Positions 35,396 to 47,716 of a stretch of 64,000 nt of DNA are shown one piece after another. The notes under the pieces were generated by a model. It was not told the DNA's origin and ran no database searches. It was given only the letters and a program-made list of their open reading frames with translations. The first letter of the stretch is position 1. Each line of letters begins with the position of its first letter. This DNA is from Basidiobolus meristosporus CBS 931.73. Lineage: Eukaryota > Fungi > Basidiobolomycota. Made by a program: the position numbers and the translations under genes. The stretch covers positions 124,001 through 188,000 of the forward strand of contig MCFE01000054.1 of the NCBI GenBank assembly GCA_002104905.1. The letters are read 5' to 3'.

Positions 35396-38350
35396 TCAAT
35401 GCTTGGCTGTCTTACACAAACGGTTGGATCCTAAGCCTTACAGGCGCAGGTCGAATCAGTGAGTTCATATGCATAACACTGGACACGATCTCTGGTGCAT
35501 CCAGTTCCTTGTTAAATATCTGTACAGTACATGAAGTTTAATATATTCAAAAATACTTATTCATTACCGAAGCTGCTGTGAATAACCTTAAAATGGCCCC
35601 ACATACGAAGTTCCATCTCGAGCAATAGCATTGAAGAACTCCATTTCGTGCCTATGCAGATTCAGTTCATTGCACAACCATATAAATAAACCCCACGATG
35701 TCGAACGTGCACACTTTGCGCAACCACTTGGTGTTTGTAACATCGACGACCTTCATTTGTGTTTAGCTGAATAGTATCCCCTGGGCTGCGTGCTCTAATA
35801 CCTCAAGCAAGCTGAAACGGTTTGAAACAATCTGTCTGAGCCCTGCGTACTTGGAAGTGGAACGTTCATGGGCAGTCCACCCTATAGAGGCGTCATGATG
35901 ACGGCACCCCGGGCTATTCCGTTTTCACATCGACGTCCTGGCAGGCCTGTATGCAATTGCCAACACTGGTGAGCGAAGAGCGAATACAAACAAGAATGAT
36001 TCACAATCGCTTTCATGGTGATTTCCGATGATATGATGAATCATGTCTCGCTTTTTCGGTGTTTATTCTGGAGGAATAGGAGTGGTAGTTTCTACATTTA
36101 GGGCCGTATTCGTCCATAGGAGTGGTTCTGAGCTATGGGTTGACGATGGAGTGCTCAGCTAAAAAATTCCGTGGAACGTCAGGTGAGCACAGACTAAGTC
36201 ATCATTTCCACAAAAGGGGTCGCTCATACATGCATATATACATAGCGGTATCTGCGGCAAATCTCATGACACAGCCTAACTGAATGGTTTTTACCACAAT
36301 GTGTTTTTCCTGAATGGTAGGCAATTCCGAGGTTATGTCCTTTGTTCAAGTATAGCAAATGGTCTTACGGGGAAGAGTTTTAAATGGGCACGCATGTTCG
36401 ACTTCGAGTTGCTCTTGCATCTTGATATGAATGATAGAGCCCCAATACGATGATCAAATATATGTTTTGAGTGGATGATATTGGTCTTCGAGTGCCATTG
36501 TTAGTGTTGTGGTCTAGTCACTTTCACTTTAGTCCGACGCCCATGTAACATAGGCCTAAGCTACCTCAGCAGCTTTTGCCGTTGAAATTGCTGCTGCACT
36601 GCATTGTTGTAGGTATGGTACAGGATTATTGAGATGCTTACTCACCATTGCCCAATGGGTCAAATCAATTTTGGATATTTTGCTGGTTCACCGCTAGATT
36701 CACATTACCCTTGTGTTTCTGAGTTCTAGAGCCAACTGAGTTTCGTCCATATCTGAGCTGATTGTTCAATGCATTTAATACATTGTATATAGCAGGAAGG
36801 TAGTGACAGGCCTATTGTATCATTCTATTCCTTTCTGCCTTGCCTCTCAATCTCCAACTGATTATCTATATCGCCAGCAACGATTTTATAGCCCACCACA
36901 TGTTGTGCTGATAATCGTATTCTGTATTGCTGGTCCTGTATTTCTAAATGCAGGAGATTCGAGGATGAGTCATTCCGCTCCATACGATATTACGTTTATA
37001 GTAAATGGGTGTAATTCTGTATCACTAAGTCGATCCAAGTCGATCCGATCTGATCCAAGGAGGCAACCGGTTTCATTTAGGAGTAGATTCAGCGTATATA
37101 TACTATATCTAAAAATAGGTCTACGGTTATCCTATTGTTCGTTCCTATGTATGATTGCCGTTTTTTGGGAAAGTTTAATGTCTCCAGCAGTAGCTTACTA
37201 GCAAACCGAAGAAGCAAACAGGTCATTCATATGGGCTAGTTACTAAATGGTTCGGATCTATAGTTGGGCTATGCATATTGAGGCGAGCTTCACATAATGA
37301 ACATCGAATCGGAAAGCGATTTACGTGTAACAAAGAGTTGGGCTTGTACTATATACCGTTAAAGATGAGTTGTTTAGGATGGAAGATCAGAAACATCTAC
37401 ACAAAAATGACTACGCTGTCAATTGCATACGATGTGTGAACATTCTGCTACATGCACATTGTTACTTGAGCGACAAAAGGGTCTTTTTGGATCGTACTCT
37501 AACTTCACCTGGTGTGTAGGCAATGTGCCTGGGTGTATTAGTATGCATTCGCATGTTACTGGCTATATGCATACCTCTATTTTTGCTATTAAATGGAACA
37601 TGGCCAAATCAGTTTGGCCACCGCCGTTAATATTGATAACCTTACAATAGATGGATGCGTAAAAGAGGTGCCGTAAAATGAAATGGTGGTGAATTGAGGT
37701 TGAAGGCGCACTTTGCATCTGATGGTGCAGCAAGGAAAGATAACAATATGTGAAATACGTTGGTGGAGTTTGTTCATTTTCTCAAGATCTTTCCAATTCT
37801 TCAGTATTGTGGATATACTCAAAAGATAGAAAACTATTCAAGTTGATTAAAAGACCTCGGACTTACGAGGACTTTATGCAATAAGTATCCTAATAGGACT
37901 CTGGAAAGAACGTGATGTTAAAATTTGTTTTCATTGAAAAACAGAGTAAGTGCTCTACATGTTGTTCCCTTAGCGTATTGTGAGTTGGTATTCAAGAACA
38001 TGGTTGTACATCTGCGCTCATTCCACTACAGATGGAGAGTCTATGGCCACTTGTAAGACAACAAAAGAATCAAATTGCCTGAGAAGATAGTGTAAGGATT
38101 TAGGCTCATGTTTAAGTTGCTCTACCACTATATTTTAAGATAATCAAGTATGCAATCAATCATGTAGATATTCAACTTTTCATATCACAACTAAGCACAT
38201 ATATATGACATAATTTCATCTAGGAAGCTGTAAAGGATAGCTTAGTTAACTCATTTGGCTGTCTTACTGGTGAATTGATTGCAGGTACACACACAGAACC
38301 ATTATCTGAAAACTATTTGAGTATCCTAGGTCACAACTTGGCCTAGTTAA

Positions 38351-38625
38351 CCCTGAGAAAAAAATTAACAAAAGGACAGCAGAATACCATCATTATATCA
38401 TCTGAATTCCAACTTTCCCAAAAGTGGCAACTCTCAGCATCTCAGTAACTAGCTTTACAACAGACAAGCAGTCATACTTTCAAAAGGGGACACCAGGCCA
38501 GCTAGTATTCATGCCAAATTTGGTAATCAGCTGCTCATTACATCCACCAATAACTTGACACTGAAACACCAGCTGAATATCAGCTAAAAATCCAACAATT
38601 TCCAACTTGGAGATCACTCACAGGG
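38351..38625 (+). mobile_element. Best-preserved copy of a ~275-bp non-autonomous element (MITE-like) with CCCTG...CAGGG ends
   Basis: TTAA|CCCTGAG ... CACAGGG|TTAT; four further copies in the window; no coding capacity. Confidence 0.6.
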
Positions 38626-38755
38626 TTATCAAGAACAATCAGTTGCATGGGAGTATTATAAGCTTTGCAATTAGATCCAATTGCTTCACTAATTTAATCT
38701 CTTAGATTCTGTTGTGTAAATCTTAGAAGTTGTTCCTTGAGCTCTTGCTAGGATC

Positions 38756-39101
38756 TGTTGTAAGATTTGTGATATACCTAAGTATTCACCTGCCTAGTCA
38801 CTTTGAATATTACCTGCAAGTATTAGAGAATTCTGATCAAATTTATTGCAAGTATTTACTTGGAATTTTTTAACTAATATATCAGGTACCCAGAATAGGA
38901 GAATTTGCCAAGTTGTCCGCTCAGCCTCAAACCTTACACACATGCTCCTGGGGCCTTCCTAAACATACTCTACATGTTTGTTCTGCAAACACCTTGTAAC
39001 AGTATACATACAACTTTGACATTCAGTAAATCATTAAGTGAAAACCACAAAATTTACTTGCTCTCCTGGTAACTTCCAGTATCTCCCAAACTCTTACAAC
39101 A
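38756..39101 (+). mobile_element. Degenerate solo LTR of the copia family (copy H)
   Basis: TGTTGTAA...TTACAACA, 346 bp, alignable to the reverse complement of copy A. Confidence 0.8.
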
Positions 39102-39219
39102 CCAAGTACCTATGCATTAGTCAGTAAACTAGTTGTTATTGTAAGGAAAACACCAAGATTTCTAGTATATAACCCAAGTAATCAAGTTATTATGTATTGG
39201 AATTTATTAAAAACTAGAA

Positions 39220-39425
39220 TGTATTGCTGCAGAGCTCTGATGATACTGGAAGTGGTTGGCTGAATATGTTGATTTTGAAGTTTTCACTTAATTGTTGAAT
39301 GAATTTCTCAGCAGTAATTATGCCATTGCATAGTCTTGCCACAACAAGCATGTAAATCATGTCTAAAAGAATACATAGAACATATGTGAAAAGTTTGGGG
39401 CTGTCTGGACAACTTTGAGGTTACT
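39220..39425 (-). mobile_element. Highly diverged partial LTR of the same family
   Basis: gatactggaagt...gttttcacttaat...aaagtttggggctgtctggacaactttgag. Confidence 0.55.
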
Positions 39426-39571
39426 CAAGTCATAAGTACCTACTATCCTGATGAAACTATTTGAACCAAGCTGCCACAGGGAGTTTAGACAGAACTCCCT
39501 CAGGTTTGTAGACAATGATCTAATTGATAAGGCCAATTGGGTATTTAGAGGTAATGACAAAACATAAAATA

Positions 39572-39878
39572 CCCTAAGGAAAGGCCTGCAGAATATTGGC
39601 ATAATATCAGCTGAACTCTAATTTCCTCACATTTGACAACTCTCAATTTCTCAAGTACTAGCTGTTGGGCATTCAAGCAGGCATATTTTCTAAGAGAAGA
39701 CAAGGCCACGCAGTATTCATACCAGGTTGGATAATTAGGTGCCTATTACTTGCTTCAAAAATTGCAACTTAAAATTTAAAGAGAAAATGTTGGCTGAATA
39801 CCAGCAAAATATCATTATAAAGCCAGCAGAATACTAACTGAAAATCAGATGTGCTCCAAATTTGAGATTTTCATAAGG
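39572..39878 (+). repeat. Degenerate copy of the CCCT-ended repeat family
   Basis: Starts ccctaagg and ends with a cataagga|taat equivalent of cacaggg|ttat; internal blocks align to 38351-38625. Confidence 0.55.
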
Positions 39879-40190
39879 ATAATTGGGAGAGAAAGTAGGC
39901 CACATGGCTTTTATTTGGTGACTTGTTCAAAGCAGTATTGTACTTTTATGCTGACATGATATTGGGAATACAACCATGCAAGTATTTTTGGAAAGGTGCC
40001 ACATGTATATATACAGGATTTAAAGGTCTTAATACTCTGTGAATTTTCATGTTTAGGATACTTGACACTGATGGGTATATTTCAAGAACCTCCCAGCAAA
40101 AATTTTGGTCATATATACTAAGCCATGTGAGCAGTTGACCAAGTCACTGAGTTAGACAGATGTAAAAGTGTAAACACAGAATCCACAATA
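39870..40190 (-). mobile_element. Very degenerate LTR-like relic; boundaries approximate
   Basis: aattgggagagaaagtag...gaattttcatgttt...aattttggtca...gaccaagtcactgagttag follow the order of the LTR blocks. Confidence 0.4.
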
Positions 40191-40401
40191 TACCAAATAT
40201 TTTACAATTAGTGAGCATATTGACTACATTGTGTGTTTATATACTACACTAAAACCAATGTATCAGTATTAATAATCTAGCTCCATTTACTTCAGATTTA
40301 GAGTTCTCAATGTAGGCCAACTCTTGGGACTTCTCATGGCTTGGCAGTTTTCAATATTTTCCAACTCATCCAGAAGTCCCCAAGTTTTGTCCACATTTAT
40401 C

Positions 40402-40750
40402 CATTTTAAGAGTCTGGGATATATTGAAAGTGATTGGGAGGACAAGTAGATTATGTGGTTTTCACTTAATGATTTATTGAATGTAAAAGTAGTACCAAAA
40501 CTTTTACATGGTACTGGCATAACAAGCACATAAGATAGGCTTAGGAAGGTCCCAAGAGCATGTGTGCAAAGTTTGGGGCCAATTGGACAGCTTTGAGACT
40601 TTTCATGTTCTGGGTACCTGATATTTTGGTGAAAATATTCTAAGTAAATCCTGACAAGGAATTTGGCCAGTATTTTCTAAGATTTGAGGGTAATGATCTA
40701 AGTGACTAAGTTAGATGAATATGTAGGTGGACTTACATGCTTCTACAGCA
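40402..40750 (-). mobile_element. Solo LTR of the copia family (copy I)
   Basis: 349 bp, alignable end to end with copy A; eroded termini; no CpG left. Confidence 0.88.
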
Positions 40751-41197
40751 CTTTCTAGGATCCCCTCTGAAGCATACTTATTACCAGCTTTACAAAGTTC
40801 CTCCAAATGTGTGGTTACTTCATCTGAGCTGCGTAATCAGCAACAGAATATCTGGCAAAATCCTTGCAGTGACATGCAATGCCTCCTAGAATCTTGCAGG
40901 AGATTATGGACTGTAGGGAGTATACTAGCTAAGCACCTTGATCTCTTAGATATCTCCAAAATGTCAATGATTTCTCAGTATTCCATGAAAGTATGTTTGG
41001 AATCTATGTATACAAATAGACAAAATATATAGTTTTTAAGCACTTATGGTTAGTGAAATAGCTGCTATTTACAAGACCTTTGATACTATTTCACATTCAT
41101 GTAAAGGCAAATCTAATGTCAAAAGTGGTGAGAGATATTGCATAGCTAGAATAGCTAGTAAATGTATTACACAGTTACTGAACTGCATAGTGGGAAC

Positions 41198-41398
41198 TGC
41201 TGTAAGAGCTTTAGAGATGCTCAAAGTTAATGGGATAACAAGCAAACTCTATGGTTTTCACTTGATAATATATTGAGTGTTGAGTGGTGCTTATACTCTT
41301 ACATGATCTTGACAAGACAACCCAAAGAATATGCTTAGGAGGATTCCAGGATCATGTGTGCAAAGTATGGGGCTGTTTAGACAGCTTTGAGATATTTC
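41198..41398 (-). mobile_element. Truncated degenerate LTR (copy J)
   Basis: tgctgtaagagc...tggttttcactt...catgtgtgcaaagtatggggctgttt; cut by the adjacent repeat copy. Confidence 0.7.
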
Positions 41399-41401
41399 AA
41401 G

Positions 41402-41585
41402 CTTAACCAAATAACAAATTTGGTATAAAGGCTAATTGACCTAGTCTTCTCCTGGAGAATATGTCTGCTTGTCTGCTCAGCAGCTAGTACCTGAGATATT
41501 GAGAACTGTCAGTTTTGAGAAACTTGGAATCTGGCTGATATTATGTTGGCATTATGTTGGCTTTTTGTTAATTTTTTTCTTAGGG
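41402..41585 (-). repeat. Partial copy of the CCCT-ended repeat family
   Basis: Reverse complement begins CCCTAAGAAAAAAATTAACAAAAAG, matching CCCTGAGAAAAAAATTAACAAAAGG at 38351. Confidence 0.7.
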
Positions 41586-42239
41586 TTTCTACAATGCCTA
41601 CTCCTGATATTACTGCAACTTTACCCTCTGCTGGAAGCTCACAGCACCAATGGGTACCCTAAACCTGATTTCTTAACTAACCAGATCTAGGATTTGTCCT
41701 CATTTGTAAGTTGTATGAAGCTTCTGATAATTGTACTAATGGGAAAGGAAAAAATTCCAATTTATTGCAGACTTCCACCAAAAATCTAGTGCAGACCCCA
41801 AATGGTCATATAATTTATTTTACACATTCAGACTACTGGCTTCAAGCATCCTGTTCAGACCTCAAGCGGACAATTGTAAGCTGATCCTATTGGATTTAGC
41901 TTAATAACCCCAAATCAATATTTGACATAAGCATCAAGGCAGCACAGCCTTATCAATGCATGGCATATGATTTGATTTACAAAGGTTAGTAGTTTATATA
42001 TCATCACCAGATGCTTGATGGAAATAAATACTCAGCACATGCAAAACTCAAATAGAAGATCACAATATATCGTAGCCTTAGGGTTAACAATGTTTTGCAC
42101 CTTGATTCTATTGTAGTACAAAGGAAAGCTGCAGCTATAATATGTATTCATGTACATTTGGGCAAGAGTATTAGTGACAACTGGCTCTATGCTCATTCCA
42201 TCATGTCTTGTGTGGCTGGAGGCTGGTGACGATCGATAT

Positions 42240-43730
42240 TGAGATTATCTGCGTAATCTAAAAGATCCCAAGGTTTCGATAGCACTCCTCAAGCTGCTAA
42301 CAATACAGCACCCTGGCAAATCCGATTTCGAGAATTCTCGCATGAATGGTAAAATATGGATTTTGTGGTCTTCGGCATAACGACCATACTGGAATGAGCT
42401 TACTTCATCGCTGAGTATTACACCAAGATACGGTAACCACGAAGTTGGATAACTAAACTTACTACACGATTACTCGCAATAGATGATGCAATTCAATCTA
42501 AGAGCAAACTAGCAGACATGGCATCATATGGGAAGCGTCAAATAATCATGCCGGATGTCCCAGCATCTCAAACCGTTTGAATTGCCTACCAGATCTGCGA
42601 AATAATATGGGGAATTGCATAGATTGAATATGATATATGAAACAGCCGGAGAATATTGGCTGATACTTGACGCCCTTTTTTGCAACAGCGGTTTTCGTGC
42701 TGAACCAGAGATGGCATTCCCGTAACCATACCCGATACGCAGAGGTCATTAGTAACAAGCTCAAGCAAGTATGGCCATCACACATCATCGGCAGAATATA
42801 GGCACCATGTTCAGGATAAGGTTGATGTCAGGGCCCCTATGTAGAAACTTCCAGATGCCTGCCTGAGGTCACTTGGTTAGCCTCGCTGAGCCTTTCCAAG
42901 ATCCCCAGGAATTACCAAAAATGTCGGGCACATTTCTATGAACTTCTTGATAAGCACTAATTACCTGCACCTTATACCATCGCCAAATGACTCCACTCGA
43001 ATGTACACAGATCTGGATATTAATAATTCATTGAACACCTACACTCTAGAGTGCCACTACAGCAGATGCAATTTCCAATTTCACCAGTGGCATATTGTAT
43101 GCTTTCATATCGGTGACCAGAGCTGTTTCATGATACCCTCATGTACTCTGAAGAGGAGTAGTGTCTGCATAATCTCCATGTCCACATTATTGATGCATGC
43201 TATACCATTATAGTACTCGGCCATTGTTGATGATGAGGCTAAAGCAAGCGTTATCAGCCATCATGGTCCTTGATTTCGATTGGTGTCTGTGGAGCAAATG
43301 TATCTAATTACACGGTACACGACAGTGATCTTCTCTGCAGCCAGGTATGATGCTCTTGGTTGCGTATAGATGATCTATGTTGTGGAAATATCATGATATG
43401 GTGGAGAGGCTGTGGGTGATTCTGGAAATTTCGATCCAAGTGAAATTCTGGAATTCTACTCCGCTTTTTGGATGAGCGGTCACTCGGTGCGACGGGATTT
43501 CTATTCGGAGGTTCGAAGGTTCGAACGTGTGCTTCTTCGGCCCTTACTACCCATGCCGGAGAAAACTGGCTTGCCCGTGCTAGGTTGTATGGGCATATAT
43601 TGGCGCCAGATGATCCACAAATTGGATCTATTCTTGTGCAGAAAAATAGAGGCAGCCTTCTACATAGGACAGGGATATTGGTGATTTCACATAGTGGCTG
43701 CCGACACAAGTAGGACATTGGAAATGAGAT
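42240..43730 (-). pseudogene. Probable decayed Zn2Cys6 transcription-factor gene
   Basis: Frameshifted Zn-cluster-like PC.LCRRL...C....PIC......CPY, then AEYYNGIACINNVDMEIMQTLLLF, IASAVVAL*SVGV and ARHFW*FLGILERLS, in the expected order; many stops. Confidence 0.35.
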
Positions 43731-43999
43731 CATGGTGATAGCGTATTCCTCTAATTTGCCATGTACTGAATCAAAGTCAATCTCTATGTCATCATATGAG
43801 CCAAATGGAGTGAGCGAAAGGTGTGTTATCGGATTGATTGGCCATTGTTCTTATCTGATGGTGCTTTACACACGAATCATGACTGCTTCTATGGATATTT
43901 AAGTGAGCTACCGTGTATGTGCATCTGGATACTATTACCAGAGCTGCCTGTTTCACTCCCTTCGGCTACTCTTGTATGAGTATTTGACCAATTGTGACC

Positions 44000-44744
44000 A
44001 TGGCATCTATTTTTCAACGCATCAGTTCGAAATACACCAAACGCTTGCACACGCACCCCTTGTCCACTTTGGCGTTAACTAACGGGGCACTAGCAATCGT
44101 CTCGGACATCCTTGCCCAAAGTATCTCTAAGCCACCAAATCCTGCTCCCCCCGAGGAAGACAACTTTGTGAATACTGAAAGCGTCAGAGAGGAACAGAAA
44201 TACAACTTTGCTCGTACTGCGCGCCTCTCTTTCTATGGCTTCGCCACTGCCCCTCTGATCAACAAATGGTATACTGTGCTAGACAAAGGGTTTCCTTTGC
44301 CTAAAGCTTCGAGTTCAGGCATGAGAAGCAACGTTGTCAAAGCAGTGGTAAAGCGTGTTGCTGCCGATCAGATTTTGTTTGCACCATTCGGGCTGGTTCT
44401 GTTCTTTACAGGGATTAGTATCATGGAGGGAGCTTCTTGGGAAGGTATCAAGGACAAGTTTGAAAAGGTGACACCGAGCTGCTCTAGGATATCGAACCTT
44501 TATTAACATGCATTTGAACTAGGCTTATCTCCCAGGACTCATAGCCAACTACCAGTTGTGGCCTCTCGCACAGATGGTCAACTTTTTTTATGTCCCGCTG
44601 AAACTTCGAGTCCCTTTTGCCTCAACTGTAGGGGTTTTCTGGACCGCATATCTTAGTTGGTTGAACAGCAGGAATCCCATTTCTCCTGAAAGAACAAATC
44701 GTCACCGAATAGAGGTTAAAGATCCTCTTCTTGCGAAGATCTGA
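44000..44744 (+). CDS. SYM1: MPV17/PMP22 family protein, tandem copy 1, 2 exons
   Basis: HPLSTLALTNGALAIVSDILAQ, RTARLSFYG..APLINKWY..LD, VAADQILFAP, NYQLWPLAQMVNFFYVPLKLRV..W..YLS; intron 44468-44522. Confidence 0.9.
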
Positions 44745-45313
44745 CTTGAGCAATAGCATCGAAAATGTACTATATTTTTTCTTACCCACCCTTTGATGTT
44801 CTCTCTACGCACCTTCCGGCCATTTTATTCCTCTCAATACTACTACATCTCAACCTCTAATCTATTACATCTATATACATTCTGTGCGGTTGAAGAAATA
44901 CTTGTTTAGCAACTAACCGAGCCATTTGAGCGTTTCCTCTTTAATAAACTTGTCAATCTAGCTAACCACTCACAAGCTTCAGTCGATCTAGCTCATCCAT
45001 CACACAGCAATATTGCCATTTGTCCTGGATTCGGCGTAAATCAGAATTCTTCTGAAGCCTCTCTGTCTTACAAATATCATCGAGGGAAAACCATGTGATT
45101 AAATGCTCACTTTAGCGCCAAAGCAATTTGACATAAAACTTGGAATAAGTAGAGCATTTCCGTGATTGGGCAAACACATTTTAGACAAATTTTTGGCATG
45201 CCCAGGTTTTTGGCCTCATAAGCCTGGAATAGCGGATGATGTTATCTGGCCCACGGTTGTTCAGCTATCTGTTAAATTCTGAACAGGCCTTTGCTTCTTC
45301 AGAGGTTCCCTTC

Positions 45314-46068
45314 ATGTCGATGTTTCAACGTGTGATATCCAGATATACCCAACGGCTTCAGAGCCATCCGTTGTCGACGCTGATGGTTACTAACGGCGCC
45401 TTGGCTGTGATATCGGATGCACTTGCACAACAAATCTCAAAGACGCCAAATCCAGCCCCTCCAGAGAAAGATGGATTTATCAACACCGAGGCAGCAACTT
45501 CACAGAATGAATACAACTTTGCGCGTACTGCAAGACTGTCTTTTTACGGCTTTGCCACCGCGCCACTCTTCAATGCATGGTATACCTTCCTAGACAAGAG
45601 ATTTCCGATGCCCACAGGCCAAACGACCACCGTCGGAAAATATGGCTTGAAAAACCCGGCAGTGAGAGCGCTGATTAAGCGAGTGGCAACGGACCAGATC
45701 CTCTTTGCTCCATTTGCTATCGCTCTGTTCTTCGTCTCCATCAGTCTCTTGGAAGGAGCCTCCATGGAGGGTATCAAGACCAAGTTTGAAAAGGTATATC
45801 TACGGCTATCCGGTGTTGTTCGGGCCTAGCTAACTCTGTATCTCTATCTATTTCCTAGGCATATGTTCCTGGGCTGTTGGGCAACTACCAATTGTGGCCC
45901 TTGGCACAGCTAGTCAATTTCTTCTATGTGCCTCTCAGCCTTCGTGTACCCTTCTCTTCCACAGTGGGCATCTTCTGGAACTCATACCTGAGTTGGTTGA
46001 ATAGCAAGAACCCAGTTGCGCACAGCCGCATGATCCAACGTGAAGCGGCCAGTGAAGAACCCCTTTGA
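45314..46068 (+). CDS. SYM1: MPV17/PMP22 family protein, tandem copy 2, 2 exons (in-frame upstream ATG at 45236 possible)
   Basis: Same motifs and same intron position (FEK|AY, 45794-45858) as copy 1. Confidence 0.9.
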
Positions 46069-47716
46069 AGCCGCTTGTGAGACATAACGAATCGTGTGGC
46101 TAGCAACGGTCCCAAATCGTTTTGCCTCTCAATCTTGAAATCGCATATCTTGTGATATCCCCAGCATACCTTCACACCCCCAACATGAATAGTTCATTTA
46201 GAATTAAAGCCACCTACTAATATCGAGTGTACCGTAGGTCGTGACCCATCGCTCAATGGTCGATAATCTTTGGTTCATTACTGCGATCATGTCTTGATTT
46301 GTCCACCTTCTCCTAAATGCTAAATACATGACTGGTAGCAGTGGGCCTTGCTCGGCTCAGAAGCGCCAAATTAATGCAGTCCTCATAAACCGAAAGGCGA
46401 ACACCAACAACGATTCATGATCAAATCAGGCCCCAGAGACCACAAATCAGAGCCTAGACCGTCCAATCAAGCGACCTGATTAGCAGGTGAATTCGACAAG
46501 TCATCCAATACTCAAACCAGTGATGGAAGAACGCAAGGATCAATGATGGTGAAGCTCTTATTGCTTGGTAAGCTCAACGACGGTACAATGAAATAAGGAT
46601 CCATAATCTCAGCCTTGTGGGCTGGCAGCGCTCGTAATCTGGATTGCATAGATGTGCATTTCGCGTACTGTCAGCCACGAGGCTCTCAAACAAGACCTCC
46701 TAGAGCCTGCCAGAAGTGTAATTTCGGATCAAAACAGGCGTAGCCAGGATAGCTGGAGTGCGGAGCACTGGGGGTAACATTGCTTCTCCACCATCCCAAT
46801 CTCAATGCAGGTGGGTCCCCCTGAGCCAACAAGCTGGGCTCCCAAGGCTCCATCGGCCTACTAAAACCTCTAAGTCATGAATGAGCTCCCATGACCAGCC
46901 ACACCGATGTTTATAAGAGATTGCAGGCCTGACATGGTGCGGTCATGATTCAAAGTGCGCCTCATCATAGGGTGGTTTGGCAATTGATGATTGCTACACT
47001 CTCGGCTTCATGTGCCACACTAAGAATAAACCCTCGCTGGTTCTAGGTTTAGGCAAATATCTTAGGTCCGGAAAATAGATAATAGTATCTAATTGAATTG
47101 AGCTTGTACCAATCCTATCCATCACATGACCTGCTTGAGAAACCCTTGATCTCAATAGACACTTGGCTATCGTCCTCAATGGTCGTTGCAGAATAATCAT
47201 ATCATGCAGATCAGAGATATCGGAGGGTCATTTGCACAAAACGTTCACAACACCCATTGGCATTATGGATCCTACATCAATCACCCGGGATATTGTGCCT
47301 ACAATTGTGTTAAATTCATGGGTTTGGGTATGTTTCTGTATCAGTTTTGCCAACAGAGCCATGTGCTCTCAAACAATGGTTATTTCGATTTATTTGTATT
47401 TGATCCTGTTGAAATCCATCGCATTTACATTGATTTTGGGATGCTTGAGCTAATACTAATTTGGTATCATGTGATCAAGAGCCTTGCTATAGACTAAGTA
47501 TCGTACAGCTAAGGTAAGACTCAGAGTAGAATAGAGTGAGAACTTGGATATATTCCTTTCTGCACAAAGCCCCGCCGTCTGAATCTTTAGCTCGTTTGTG
47601 ATTTTTACTTTGTACATTGGCTTGAACTTGGCTGATTTGAGTACTCAAATACATCATTACCAAAAGGTTTACTTATCCCAAAGGTTCAAGTAAATACTTC
47701 ACATTTGTCCTTCAAG

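Noticed and set aside
36033-36131. C box ATGATGA and D box CTGA about 100 nt apart (snoRNA candidate)
   Set aside because: No terminal stem and no recognisable rRNA-complementary guide.
39135-39160. GTAAGGAAAA matching part of the U12 snRNA 5' region
   Set aside because: It lies within TE-relic sequence and the rest of the U12 structure is absent.
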